64,000 nt of DNA from an uncultured Gammaproteobacteria bacterium (GCA_964588165.1 CAZPMS010000003.1:74031-138030), one strand, 5' to 3'; shown: positions 8,701-18,802, counted from the first letter of the stretch. A program made the numbers and translations. The notes: a model not told the origin generated them from the letters alone.

Positions 8701-8937
8701 TTAAAGCCTAAAAGTAATTCTTCCTTTGGTTAAATCGTATGGGGTCATTTCTACCTTAACTTTATCCCCGGGAACCAGTTTAATATGGTACATTCTCATT
8801 TTTCCGGAAAGGTGGGCCAAAATTTCATGGCCGTTTTCCAGCTTTACCCTAAAACTGGCTGCCGGCAGAAGTTCTTCAACAGTACCGACCACCTCAATAA
8901 ACCCCTTTTTATTTGTTTTTGGTTGATTATCCTCCAT
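8701..8937 (-). CDS. infA: Translation initiation factor IF-1
   Basis: [20 protein letters not shown]...[21 protein letters not shown]. Confidence 0.97.
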   Translation of the reverse strand: MEDNQPKTNKKGFIEVVGTVEELLPAASFRVKLENGHEILAHLSGKMRMYHIKLVPGDKVKVEMTPYDLTKGRITFRL

Positions 8938-9121
8938 TTTAAGTAACAAAAAAGGAATTCCACATACTCTTTGTCAGGTTTTTAACTAGAACTCAAAAAT
9001 ATGGGGAATTTTCCAATAATTTAAGGAAAATTAAATTGTTTTACTTATAAATATTACGTAAGGCTTATTTTACATTAAAGGCTAAATATGTCAAGGATAT
9101 TACTGTTAATATTTATTAAAC

Positions 9122-9250
9122 TTGACATTTTTCATAAAATATGCTATTATTAAATATTGTTCTTTACTAAATCAATTGTATTCGTAGCAGTGAAAAAAGT
9201 GCTAAATTAAAGTTCTCTTTTCGTTGCTACGGATGAGCCGTAGCGACAAA
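9122..9250 (+). promoter_or_regulatory. Sigma70 promoter, boxA-like motif and leader with alternative hairpins
   Basis: TTGACA-17-TATTAT (9122-9150) and TGTTCTTT at 9158. attcgtagcagtgaaaa pairs with ttttcgttgctacggat, competing with gttgctacgg/ccgtagcgac. Confidence 0.6.
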
Positions 9251-9320
9251 ACCTTACGTTTATTCGGGTACTCCACCCTGAATGAACTCATCTGCCTACA
9301 ACGGGCAAAAGGAGTGTTGT

Positions 9321-9713
9321 ATGATTGCGACCAAGTTTAGCAAAGGTGTAAGGTTAGCATTGGCTTTCCTTATAAGTATCCAATTTGGTGAAGTAAACGG
9401 TTTACCAAAACCAAACTGGGAAAACTTCCACTTTTTTTACAGGATTACCGCGACTAAACCAGCCAAAGGCAGAAAGAGAACAGGCGAAGGATCTCCCTAT
9501 CAAGAATTAACTCGAAGAGTTCGATTCTATGGATATAAAGGTGAGCTTCTTGCAGTAATTTGGCTTAAAGGCCATCAATTTACTTCTACCCCAGTTACCT
9601 ATTGGCGGGTAATGAAGGTTGAGTATCGCCGGCAATATTTTGAAGGCAATATAAATGTTGAACCTGATTGGTTCGAAACTTCTATCTCAGCAGTTCAATC
9701 TAGTTTGGTATAA
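9321..9713 (+). CDS. Hypothetical protein, possibly secreted
   Basis: SD AAGGAG before ATG 9321, hydrophobic N-terminal segment, own promoter and terminator. Confidence 0.6.
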   Translation: MIATKFSKGVRLALAFLISIQFGEVNGLPKPNWENFHFFYRITATKPAKGRKRTGEGSPYQELTRRVRFYGYKGELLAVIWLKGHQFTSTPVTYWRVMKVEYRRQYFEGNINVEPDWFETSISAVQSSLV

Positions 9714-9738
9714 GCTACCAGATTACTCAACATTACTC

Positions 9739-9775
9739 AACCCTTACAGAAATTATTCTGTCGGGGTTTTTATTT
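9739..9775. terminator. Terminator between convergent genes
   Basis: aaccct-tacaga...tctgt-cggggttttt. Confidence 0.55.
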
Positions 9776-11640
9776 TATTCTAAAACAGCTTTTATTCTTC
9801 TAATGCCGGCAGATGAAGCTTGTTCTTTTTTAATTTTGAACTTACCTAAACTTCCAATTGACTCCACATGAGGACCGCCACAAATCTCTTTTGACCAGTC
9901 ACCAACTGAATATACCTTTACTTTGTTGCCATATTTATCGCCAAACAATCCAATTGCTCCTGCCTTCTTAGCCTCATCAACACTCATTTCTTCAAAACTA
10001 ACTGGTATATCTTCTTTAATTTTTGTATTGACGATTTCTTCAACTTTAGTTTTTTCCTCATCTGTTAGTTTTTCCGGATGAGAAAAATCAAACCGCAATC
10101 TTTTTTCGGTAATGTTACTCCCCTTTTGTTGAACATGATCGCCTAAAACTTCCCGCAAAGCCTGGTGTAACATATGTGTTGCTGTGTGATACCTTATAGA
10201 CATCTCGGAGGTATCAACCAAGCCTCCCTTAAACATTCCGGCTGAAGAAGTTTTAGAAAGGTCTTGATGCTTTTTCATTTCTTCACGAAATTCATTTTTA
10301 ATTCTTTCTAGCTGAGGAATTACAAAATGATAACCTCTACTTTTTAATTCTTCTATTGATAATTCATAAGGGAACCCAAATGTTTGATATAAATCAAATA
10401 GCCATTTTCCATCAATATCATTAGGGTCTGAAGGTGTGAATCCAATATGTCCTTCGACTGGACTTAAATCCTGAACAACAACTTTCTTACCTGAAATTTT
10501 TGTATTAGATTCCATAGATTTATTTAAAACCTTCAAACCTTTTACTAAAGTTTTTTCAAAACCCTCCTCTTCTTTATTTAATTCATCAATTACCTTTTGC
10601 TTATTCCTTTCCAATTCAGGATAATTTTTTTTATATAAATCCACGACAATATTTACGATTGGAGTTGTAACGTCTTCTTTTAGCGGAATACCAATTTTTT
10701 TAGCATGCCTTATAGCCCTTCTGATTAATTTTCTTAGCACATAGCCCTGATCTAAATTTGAAGGTGATATACCGTGGTCATCGGCCATAATAAAAATGGC
10801 AGCCCGTAGATGGTCCACTATAATTCTGCCGGATTCTTCGTTATAATCTTTAGCTTCTAATTTTACTTGATTAATCAGTTTTGATAAATTTTCAGTTTCG
10901 TAAATATTACTTTTATTTTGCATCACTGCCGCAACTCTTTCTAAGCCTAAACCTGTATCAACATTTTTCTTTTTGAGTGAAATATATTTTCCTGTCTTAG
11001 TTCTTTCATATTCCATAAAAACATTATTCCAAATTTCAAGCCACCTATTGTCGTCCGGATTAAAAACTTCGGGTACATCCAGCTCAGCTGGACCGGTCCA
11101 ATAAAATATTTCTGTATCCGGGCCTTGTGGTCCAACAAATTTACCACCGGCTGGCCACCAGTTTTCATCTTTATCCAATTTAGCAATTCTTTTTTCTGAT
11201 ATACCTAAGTCTTTCCATAAATTATATGACTCCTCATCAAACTGACTATCATCATCACCTTCAAAAACAGAAACGGCCAATTTATTTGAATCTAAACCCA
11301 ACCAATTTTTATCAGTTAAAAATTCATAAGACCATTTTATAGCCTCTTCTTTCCAATAATCACCAAGAGACCAGTTGCCCATCATTTCAAAAAAAGTTAA
11401 ATGCGAGTTATCACCTACTTCATCTATATCGCCGGTTCTGATACATTTTTGAAAATTGACCAACTTGTTGCCTGCTGGATGTTTTTCGCCCATTAAAAAA
11501 GGCACCAAAGGGTGCATACCGGCAGTAGTAAATAAAACTGAAGGGTCATTTTCCGGAATTAAAGAAGCAGAAGGGATTATACTGTGCTCCTTCTCCTTAA
11601 AAAAATCCAAGTATTTTTGCCTGATTTCGTTTGCTTTCAT
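9775..11640 (-). CDS. alaS: Alanine--tRNA ligase, short form without the C-Ala domain
   Basis: LFTTAGM, HLTFFEMMGN, HTATH, EICGGPHV; ends GIRRIKAVLE. Confidence 0.97.
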   Translation of the reverse strand: MKANEIRQKYLDFFKEKEHSIIPSASLIPENDPSVLFTTAGMHPLVPFLMGEKHPAGNKLVNFQKCIRTGDIDEVGDNSHLTFFEMMGNWSLGDYWKEEAIKWSYEFLTDKNWLGLDSNKLAVSVFEGDDDSQFDEESYNLWKDLGISEKRIAKLDKDENWWPAGGKFVGPQGPDTEIFYWTGPAELDVPEVFNPDDNRWLEIWNNVFMEYERTKTGKYISLKKKNVDTGLGLERVAAVMQNKSNIYETENLSKLINQVKLEAKDYNEESGRIIVDHLRAAIFIMADDHGISPSNLDQGYVLRKLIRRAIRHAKKIGIPLKEDVTTPIVNIVVDLYKKNYPELERNKQKVIDELNKEEEGFEKTLVKGLKVLNKSMESNTKISGKKVVVQDLSPVEGHIGFTPSDPNDIDGKWLFDLYQTFGFPYELSIEELKSRGYHFVIPQLERIKNEFREEMKKHQDLSKTSSAGMFKGGLVDTSEMSIRYHTATHMLHQALREVLGDHVQQKGSNITEKRLRFDFSHPEKLTDEEKTKVEEIVNTKIKEDIPVSFEEMSVDEAKKAGAIGLFGDKYGNKVKVYSVGDWSKEICGGPHVESIGSLGKFKIKKEQASSAGIRRIKAVLE

Positions 11641-11732
11641 GATGTAATAATAAACCAACAAAATATTGATGTCAATTTAAATCAAAAAAAGGCGGATTTA
11701 TTAGAAAATAGATAATGTAATTAGTAATAATC

Positions 11733-11854
11733 TTGACAAAATTTGTAATCAAGTCTAAGATACGGCAAGTAAAAAAATGTATGTCCTTTTAAAAAATTTT
11801 AACAGTAGATATTTGGAAATTATAAACTATAAATTTTGAATATCTGCTGTTAAA
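11733..11854 (+). promoter_or_regulatory. Promoter, boxA-like motif and long leader hairpin
   Basis: TTGACA-17-TAAGAT (11733-11761), TGTCCTTTT at 11782, stem tttaacagtagatatt/aatatctgctgttaaa. Confidence 0.6.
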
Positions 11855-11932
11855 TTAGCAGAAAACAGAAAGTTGTCAGGCAAGAAGTCTGGCGTAAAAC
11901 AAATCTTTCTAACTCATTTGGGAGGATGTACC

Positions 11933-12658
11933 ATGAAGACCGCAACTACTATATTTATGTTATTGATCCTTCTGTTTTTCATCTCTGGGTCTATCGCTTT
12001 GGGACAAGTTTCAATTACAATTACTCCTCATGATCCGCCAGTTACAATCCCAAACGAGGGAGGCGATATCTACTACGACATATTGGTTATAAACAATACA
12101 GCAAACGAAGTTCAGGGTGATGTTTGGACCGCAATCGGTTTTCCGGGCGGTGGCTCTGACTCGCCTGTCGCACGGTGGCTAGGTTACTCAATTGATCCCT
12201 ACGACTCCCTCGGCTTTACAGACTGCCTGTTAGTTATACCCGGCAGCGCCCCAACCGGATGGTACACCTACCGCGCTAATGTTGGTCAGTTAACTGCTCC
12301 TCCCACAGTTGTAGACTATGACCAGTTTCAGTTTTTAAAACTAGGTCCTTTCGGACCTTCCGACATCTTAGGGCAGAAATTTTCGCTACCAACCGAGTTT
12401 GGCCTAGTGAACATCTTCCCCAATCCGTTCAACGCGCAAGCAACAGTTGAGATCTCGCTACCGAGTGAATCTGAGTTAACGCTGAACGTCTACAATTTAC
12501 AAGGACGTTTGGTGGCAACTTTAGCCGAGGAATCATACCCGGCCGGTGAACACCAATTCAGCTTTAATGCCAGCCGTCTGGCCAGTGGCATGTACATCAT
12601 CCACGCACAGGTTCCTGGACAGCTAAGCGCAACCCAGCGAGTTACCTTGCTGAAATAG
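11933..12658 (+). CDS. Secreted protein with T9SS (Por) type-A C-terminal sorting domain
   Basis: Signal peptide; C-terminal FPNPFNA...VYNLQGRLV...LASGMYII...VTLLK; SD GGAGGA before ATG 11933; visibly GC-richer than the flanks. Confidence 0.8.
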   Translation: MKTATTIFMLLILLFFISGSIALGQVSITITPHDPPVTIPNEGGDIYYDILVINNTANEVQGDVWTAIGFPGGGSDSPVARWLGYSIDPYDSLGFTDCLLVIPGSAPTGWYTYRANVGQLTAPPTVVDYDQFQFLKLGPFGPSDILGQKFSLPTEFGLVNIFPNPFNAQATVEISLPSESELTLNVYNLQGRLVATLAEESYPAGEHQFSFNASRLASGMYIIHAQVPGQLSATQRVTLLK

Positions 12659-12681
12659 TTTCAAATTCAAAAACCGCAACC

Positions 12682-12719
12682 AAAACAGCCTTCTCTAAAT
12701 CAGAGGAGGCTGTATTTTT
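12682..12719. terminator. Intrinsic terminator
   Basis: acagccttctct...agaggaggctgt followed by T run. Confidence 0.7.
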
Positions 12720-12750
12720 ATACTTCAATTAGTTTACTTAACATCTGATC

Positions 12751-13398
12751 TCATTTGCTTTCATTATGCCTATATTCCAGCGTATTTTTTAATATATAAC
12801 CATAAAAATATCTATAAATTAATAAGCTGGCTGTTAAACCACCGGCAAAATCTGCTAATAAATCATAAAGCGTATCGTAATATACTTCACCAAATTTACC
12901 CAGCATATCAGCTCCTTCAAAAATGGAATCTATGGCATATTCATAGAATTCCCAAATAAAAGAACCGAAAATTATTAAAACAAAGTTTGCCAATAAAACA
13001 AACCACAAATTAACTCTGCCAAAAAAATGTTTTTGGAAAAAAATCGGTAAAATTGGAGTAATGGAAAAAATTAAAGCCGGATTTATAAAATGGGTAAATT
13101 TATCGTAGCCGGAATATGTTGGATCATAATAACCTGCCAGTGAGCCGAGTAAATTCAAAAAACTAACTATAGCGGCAACCAACTGAATTAAATTAATATA
13201 TTCCAGGCTTACATTTTTTCTTATCCTGGGAGAACGGGAATAAATATAAAAAGGTAGCATTATTAAAACCATAGAAAATGCATAACCGGCAAATTTTAAA
13301 TAATCCCCAAAACCAAAAAACATTAGGCAAGAAATTCCTAAAAGCCAAAGTATTAATGATACTACGAAATGATGCCTGCCTCTTAATGATGTTTTCAT
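12751..13398 (-). CDS. Membrane protein (DUF2238/YjdF-like)
   Basis: YDKFTHF, WEFYEY and DTLYDL motifs; several TM helices. Confidence 0.6.
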   Translation of the reverse strand: MKTSLRGRHHFVVSLILWLLGISCLMFFGFGDYLKFAGYAFSMVLIMLPFYIYSRSPRIRKNVSLEYINLIQLVAAIVSFLNLLGSLAGYYDPTYSGYDKFTHFINPALIFSITPILPIFFQKHFFGRVNLWFVLLANFVLIIFGSFIWEFYEYAIDSIFEGADMLGKFGEVYYDTLYDLLADFAGGLTASLLIYRYFYGYILKNTLEYRHNESK

Positions 13399-14459
13399 AA
13401 AATTTTACCTCCTCCTAAACATAGTTTATCTTTATAAAAAACTACAAATTGGCCGGGAGTTATAGCCCGCTGTTTTTCTTTAAATTTGACATTGATTCGT
13501 GCTACGTGATTCGTGCTACGTGTTACGTGACACTCTTGATCTTCCTGGCGATAACGGATTTTACATTTACATTTTAAAGGGAGCTTGGGTTCTGCTCCGT
13601 CAATCCAATGTATTTCATTAGCTACCAGCTCATTTTTAAACAAAGCTTCATCCTTATCGCCTCTGGATACAATTAATTTATTGCTATCCAGATTTTTGTC
13701 AACCACATAATAAGGAATCCCTCCGCCAACGCCTATGCCCCGGCGCTGGCCGATTGTATAATACCAAACCCCTTCGTGTTCCCCTATTTTTTTTCCTTCG
13801 GTTGTAATAATTTCACCGGTTTTTGGTTTTATTCTTGATTTTAAAAACTCTTTCATTTCAACCTCGCCTACAAAACAAATTCCTTGGCTATCTTTTTTTT
13901 CGGCAGTTGCCAAGCCATATTTTTTTGCCAACAAACGAACCTTGGTTTTTTTGAACTCGCCGATCGGAAAAAGGCATTTTGATAACTGTTCTTTGGTTAT
14001 TTGATATAAAAAATACGATTGGTCTTTATTGCTATCTTTTCCCTTGGCTAACTTATTATTTTTATTTCTAACATAGTGGCCGGTGGCCACAAAATCCGCT
14101 CCACGATCTAAAGCATAATCTAAAAAAGCTTTAAACTTAATTTTGCTGTTACATAAAATATCCGGATTAGGCGTTCGGCCATCTTTATATTCTTTAAATA
14201 AGTATTCAACAACCTGTTCTCTATATTCTTTTTCAAAACTTACCACTGATAAGTTTATACCCAGCTGGCTGGCTACCAAGCGGGCATCTTTTTCGTCTGC
14301 CTTTAATGGGCACATCATTAGGCCTTCAGCTGCCGATTTTGGCGTCCAATTTTTCATAAAAACCGCTTCCACCTCAAAACCCTGCTCTAAAAGCAGGGCG
14401 CAGGTAACGGAAGAATCTACTCCCCCAGACAATGCCACTATTACTTTCTTTTTATCCAT
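13395..14459 (-). CDS. mnmA: tRNA 2-thiouridylase
   Basis: SGGVDSS, TPNPDILCN, KDQSYFL, DSQGICF, TPGQ. Confidence 0.97.
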   Translation of the reverse strand: MDKKKVIVALSGGVDSSVTCALLLEQGFEVEAVFMKNWTPKSAAEGLMMCPLKADEKDARLVASQLGINLSVVSFEKEYREQVVEYLFKEYKDGRTPNPDILCNSKIKFKAFLDYALDRGADFVATGHYVRNKNNKLAKGKDSNKDQSYFLYQITKEQLSKCLFPIGEFKKTKVRLLAKKYGLATAEKKDSQGICFVGEVEMKEFLKSRIKPKTGEIITTEGKKIGEHEGVWYYTIGQRRGIGVGGGIPYYVVDKNLDSNKLIVSRGDKDEALFKNELVANEIHWIDGAEPKLPLKCKCKIRYRQEDQECHVTRSTNHVARINVKFKEKQRAITPGQFVVFYKDKLCLGGGKIL

Positions 14460-14554
14460 TAGCTTATATTATACAAAATAACCAGATTAAATAAACCTTT
14501 TTTAAAAATATATGGTATAATTAAGTTAATAAATTTGAATTTTTTGGTTATTTT

Positions 14555-15232
14555 ATGAAAAAAAGACATAGATTCGGAGCTATTATGATAATTATTGTAA
14601 TAGCTTTTTTAGTTTTAGTAAGCACTGCCTACATTGGTCCTGTCAAAGATTACGGTTGTGCACAACAATCCCTTTACAATCATAAATGGAAAGATGCCTT
14701 TGAAGCTAAATACGTTATTTGCCAAAGATCTAAGCCAGCAGGTTGGATTTATCCTGGCGCCTTTGTCCAACATAATACCAAACAAGTTACCCGAGGCATT
14801 CTTATTGAAGGCAACCTAATTAAAGGAAGCAGCAATTATATTCCTATTTTTAGATTTGATAATTATTTATTAGCTTTTAATTTAATCGAAAATAAATCTA
14901 AAATTATTTTTATAGATGAAGCCGGTTTGCATCTAACAAAAAATGATGTAAATTTTATTAATTTAAAAAATGTCGTAAGGTATAGCGATGGAAAACTTTT
15001 TTTTGTTAAAAATGATAAATCATTAAACACCTACGATCTAACTAACAATAGTATAAAAACAGTTGATGATGCAATTAATGGTTTAGTTAACGGTTCATCA
15101 AAAAAATATGGCATTATTATTCCAAGTGATCCAGAAAATGTAATTGTTAAAGGCGACCCTTCGGATTTTGGACTTAAATATAATTTTGATTTTTGGTTTA
15201 ATGTTCATCAATCAATGTTTTATTTTAAATAA
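14555..15232 (+). CDS. Hypothetical membrane-anchored protein
   Basis: 225-aa ORF with N-terminal TM; no recognised motif. Confidence 0.6.
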   Translation: MKKRHRFGAIMIIIVIAFLVLVSTAYIGPVKDYGCAQQSLYNHKWKDAFEAKYVICQRSKPAGWIYPGAFVQHNTKQVTRGILIEGNLIKGSSNYIPIFRFDNYLLAFNLIENKSKIIFIDEAGLHLTKNDVNFINLKNVVRYSDGKLFFVKNDKSLNTYDLTNNSIKTVDDAINGLVNGSSKKYGIIIPSDPENVIVKGDPSDFGLKYNFDFWFNVHQSMFYFK

Positions 15233-15255
15233 ATTTAATTATTAATATAATCTCA

Positions 15256-16242
15256 ATGAACTATTTAATAGTCGTTTGCCTAATTGTTTTATCCGGTTTG
15301 TTTTCTGGATTAACTTTAGGCTTATTAAGTTTGGATAAAAATGAATTAAAAAGAAAAATTTCCTTAGGCAATAAAGAAGCTAAAAAAGTTTATCCTGTAA
15401 GAAAAAAGGGGAACCTCTTGTTATGTACTTTGCTGTTAGGAAACGTGGGGGTAAATTCCGCACTTGCTATTTTTTTAGGAGATTTAGCCAGCGGAGTTAT
15501 TGCCGGTTTTACCGCTACCGGTTTAATTGTTATTTTTGGTGAAATTATCCCCCAAGCTACCTTTGCCAGGCACGCCCTTAAAGTTGGTGCCAAAACCGCC
15601 TGGTTGGTTAAAATATTTATTTTTATTTTGTATCCTATCTGCAAACCTATTTCCTGGATTTTAGATAAAACTTTAGGCGATGAAATGCCCACAATTTATT
15701 CAAAAAAAGAATTAATTAAAATAGTTGAAGAGCATGAAAGCAATAAGGAAAGTGATGTAGATGCCGACGAAGAAAGGATTATTAAAGGCGCTCTTTCTTA
15801 TTCTGACGAAACAGTAAAAGATGTCATGACTCCTAAATCAGTAATTTACGCTTTAAATATTAACTCTGCCTTAAACCAAAAACAATTAGACGAAATCAAA
15901 AAACATGGCTTTACCAGGATTCCGGTTTACAAAAATGAAATTGATAATATCATTGGCCTTTTATATGTTAAAGATATTATTGATGTAAAACTGGGTACTA
16001 AAGTAAAAAATGTTTATAGAAAAGAAAAGTTACTATTTGTCCCGCCAAATTTAAAACTGGACCGGCTGTTAAATTTATTCATAAAATCAAAAAAGCATTT
16101 AGCTTTTGTAAAAAACAATGGCCAGACTTTGGAAGGTGTAGCTACCTTAGAAGATGTTATTGAAGAAATTCTTAAAGTGGAAATTGTTGATGAAACTGAT
16201 ACCATTACTGATATGCAAAAAGAAGCTAAAAATAAAAAATAG
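15256..16242 (+). CDS. CNNM/CorC-type DUF21 + CBS protein
   Basis: LSGLFSGLTLG, LLLGN, GEIIPQ, GFTRIPVY, TLEDVIEEI. Confidence 0.9.
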   Translation: MNYLIVVCLIVLSGLFSGLTLGLLSLDKNELKRKISLGNKEAKKVYPVRKKGNLLLCTLLLGNVGVNSALAIFLGDLASGVIAGFTATGLIVIFGEIIPQATFARHALKVGAKTAWLVKIFIFILYPICKPISWILDKTLGDEMPTIYSKKELIKIVEEHESNKESDVDADEERIIKGALSYSDETVKDVMTPKSVIYALNINSALNQKQLDEIKKHGFTRIPVYKNEIDNIIGLLYVKDIIDVKLGTKVKNVYRKEKLLFVPPNLKLDRLLNLFIKSKKHLAFVKNNGQTLEGVATLEDVIEEILKVEIVDETDTITDMQKEAKNKK

Positions 16243-16243
16243 T

Positions 16244-16657
16244 ATGGAAAAATGTCCAAAAATAGGTGTTGGCGTAATAGTAACTAAAGACAACAAAGTT
16301 TTATTGGGCCAAAGAAAAGGCTCTCATGGTAATGGTTATTGGTGTTTTCCGGGAGGGCATTTGGAATTTAATGAAGAAGTTGAAGCCTGTGCTAAACGTG
16401 AGGTTTTGGAAGAAGCCGGTATAGAGATTGATAAATTAAAAATAGGCCCTTATACCAATGATTTCCATCTAGATGAAGATAAGCACTATATAACTTTATT
16501 TGTGGTTTCTGAATATAAATCGGGTGATATCCAAATCTTAGAGCCGGATAAAATGGTTAAATGGGATTGGTTTAGCTGGGACAATCTGCCGGAACCACTG
16601 TTTTTACCCGTAAAAAACTTACTTAAACAAGGCTATAACCCTTTTAAATGTAACTAA
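16244..16657 (+). CDS. NUDIX hydrolase (MutT/NUDT15-like)
   Basis: Nudix box PGGHLEFNEEVEACAKREVLEEAG; ATG at 16244 follows the upstream stop. Confidence 0.9.
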   Translation: MEKCPKIGVGVIVTKDNKVLLGQRKGSHGNGYWCFPGGHLEFNEEVEACAKREVLEEAGIEIDKLKIGPYTNDFHLDEDKHYITLFVVSEYKSGDIQILEPDKMVKWDWFSWDNLPEPLFLPVKNLLKQGYNPFKCN

Positions 16658-16752
16658 AAACTGCTAGATTCTATCGCCTCTCGACAAGCTCGAGACTCCC
16701 CGCCTGCCGTGCCTAGCACTGGCGGGCAGGCAGAATAACAGCAGTTTTTTTT
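16656..16752. repeat. GTYATTCT..GATAGAAYCT terminator-embedded element with nested palindromes
   Basis: aaaaactgct-agattctatc-[nested palindromes]-cagaataac-agcagttttt; same family as 18728 and 47489. Confidence 0.7.
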
Positions 16753-16757
16753 ATAAA

Positions 16758-17009
16758 TTAAGATTTGGCAAAACCTTTCTCCAATTCTAACAGCCTTCTA
16801 TCGTGCTCCCATAATGAAGCTTTGACTTCTTTACGTTCATGATCATAACTTTGAACAATATTAAGAATTAACTGCAATTTTTTATCTTGCTCATCAAAAC
16901 GTTTATCTACCCCATCAAAACGTTTATCTACTTCAATAAAACGCTCTTGAATGGCTGTAAAATACTGTTCTAAAGTTTTTTTACTCATAGTTTCTTTATT
17001 TTTTGACAT
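16758..17009 (-). CDS. Small coiled-coil protein with DKRF heptad repeats
   Basis: ERFIEVDKRFDGVDKRFDEQDKK. Confidence 0.6.
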   Translation of the reverse strand: MSKNKETMSKKTLEQYFTAIQERFIEVDKRFDGVDKRFDEQDKKLQLILNIVQSYDHERKEVKASLWEHDRRLLELEKGFAKS

Positions 17010-17124
17010 AGGATCAATTGTTAATAGTAATTGACCCCGGACTTATATTTTAATTTATTAATATATTAGTGTCAATTAAAAAACCGCCCTGCGCAGTCGA
17101 AGGACGGTTTTATTTTTACTTATT

Positions 17125-17349
17125 TTATTTTTCATAATCTTCCGGTTTGCCCGAAGCCGCAACTTCATTCATAGATTCACCTTTCCCGACCTTGTTTAAT
17201 AAATCAACCAATTCTTCTAGCTGACCATCATCAAGGGTAGACAAGTCGGCGTTTTCCCAATCAACCTCTTTTAGTAAATCTCTTACTTGCTTCTCAAGAG
17301 CTTCCCTGCCCTCACTATCCTCATGAAAATCTCTTTCTTGGTTTTCCAT
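17125..17349 (-). CDS. Small acidic hypothetical protein
   Basis: 74-aa ORF followed by a terminator-like hairpin at about 17078-17112. Confidence 0.55.
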   Translation of the reverse strand: MENQERDFHEDSEGREALEKQVRDLLKEVDWENADLSTLDDGQLEELVDLLNKVGKGESMNEVAASGKPEDYEK

Positions 17350-17412
17350 ATATTTTTTATTAATTATTATAACCTTTGCTTATTTTACCTTCAATTACCT
17401 TTAAAGGCAAAT

Positions 17413-17940
17413 TTACTTCAGTTGGCCTTTTTTATAGGAAATGATAACTGATATGATGGCCAATAACCATAAAGCTATTTCCAGATACCAAATCCAATGG
17501 TGGAAATAATTTTCTATCATTAAGCCGCCGGTAAAATTAACATTATAAATGCCGATCATTTTATCATAAAACGGCCAAAGCCATTTAATTCCAACAAAGG
17601 TTGTATCTAAAATCAGATGAGTAAAAAAATTGGCAAATACCACAATTATGCCGTACTTTAACCATGGCTTTTTTACAATAAAATAAATGATAACTAGGAT
17701 TACTAATAAGGCTAAATATAAAATGGGATAATTAGTGTAATAATTCCTATGGCTACCAGTGCCGTATTCATCAAATAACATCCAATAAACAATATCAAAA
17801 TCCGGGGCAATGGAGGCAACCAAGCCAGCTAAAAATAACCATTTCCCCATGGTATTATTGATGGGAATTTTTAGTTTTTTTAAAATTGATTTAGTTACAA
17901 AGTAGCCGGCAGGTAAATGTCCAATTAACATATTTGACAA
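17413..17940 (-). CDS. Membrane metal-dependent hydrolase (YdjM-like)
   Basis: GHL, PDFD, HR.Y.TN, HLILD and WLWP motifs. Confidence 0.8.
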   Translation of the reverse strand: MSNMLIGHLPAGYFVTKSILKKLKIPINNTMGKWLFLAGLVASIAPDFDIVYWMLFDEYGTGSHRNYYTNYPILYLALLVILVIIYFIVKKPWLKYGIIVVFANFFTHLILDTTFVGIKWLWPFYDKMIGIYNVNFTGGLMIENYFHHWIWYLEIALWLLAIISVIISYKKGQLK

Positions 17941-18010
17941 ATAGTTAAATAATTAATAAAGTACTAATGTTTTTGAACTTAAATTTAGATAAATACAGGA
18001 GGGTTTCAGG

Positions 18011-18313
18011 ATGAGTGGTTCAAACAGATGGCCCGGATTAAGTACCAAGCACACTACCGCACTGGCCAATATATTCAGGGCCATAATACAGGCAGATGGA
18101 ACAATCCCAAATGGCATCACTGCCGATAATGTCAGTGTAACACCTGGTGATATACTGCTTGACGCGGCTGAAGTTATGATTGATGACGAAGCTTATTGGG
18201 ATGATTTTCCGCCTGAAATCGATTACCCAATCGGGGAAACATTGGCACCATCTCAAATGAGGCAACGATTACGGAACACCGTTGATGAAGCCAAGCGGCC
18301 CAAACAAACCTAA
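18011..18313 (+). CDS. Hypothetical acidic protein in a stand-alone transcription unit
   Basis: TTGACA-17-TAAAGT at 17934-17962, SD AGGAGG, terminator cgccatct/aggtggcg at about 18333-18360. Confidence 0.6.
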   Translation: MSGSNRWPGLSTKHTTALANIFRAIIQADGTIPNGITADNVSVTPGDILLDAAEVMIDDEAYWDDFPPEIDYPIGETLAPSQMRQRLRNTVDEAKRPKQT

Positions 18314-18449
18314 CATCAACTCTCAAAACATTCGCCATCTTATAAAACAGGTGGCGTTTTATTTTAATATTATACCACTATTGACTTAATTATTAAAAAA
18401 GTATAGAATAAACCTCGTACTATTTACCAGTTACTAATTACCAAATTAT

Positions 18450-18728
18450 ATGGCACATAAGAAAGCGGGCGGATCTACAGGCTTGGGCCGTGATTCTAAA
18501 TCTAAAAGGCTTGGCATAAAAAAACACAGCGGCGAGGAAGTAAAAGCCGGCATGGTTTTGGTCAGGCAAAGAGGCACCAAATACAGGCCCGGCAAAAATG
18601 TTAAAAAAGGCAAAGATGATACTTTATTTGCCGTGATTGCCGGAATTGTAAAATTCACTCAAAAAAAGATTGTAAAATTTGACGGCTCCAGAAGACTAAG
18701 TAAATTCGTCCACATAGAAAAAAAATAA
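18450..18728 (+). CDS. rpmA: 50S ribosomal protein L27
   Basis: MAHKKAGGS...GRDS..KRLG...RQRGT. Confidence 0.97.
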   Translation: MAHKKAGGSTGLGRDSKSKRLGIKKHSGEEVKAGMVLVRQRGTKYRPGKNVKKGKDDTLFAVIAGIVKFTQKKIVKFDGSRRLSKFVHIEKK

Positions 18729-18797
18729 AAAGCCGCTGTCATTCTGGACCCTAGAAAACGAAGTGAATCTAGGGGATAGAATCTAGCGGTTTTTTTG
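18728..18797. repeat. GTCATTCTGGA..GATAGAATCT element forming a bidirectional terminator
   Basis: aaaagccgct-gtcattctgga-ccctaga..tctaggg-gatagaatct-agcggtttttt. Confidence 0.7.
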
Positions 18798-18802
18798 TTT
18801 AT

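Noticed and set aside
9775-11640. Short alaS (and short proS) as pseudogenes
   Set aside because: Catalytic motifs are intact and compact forms are known in reduced genomes.
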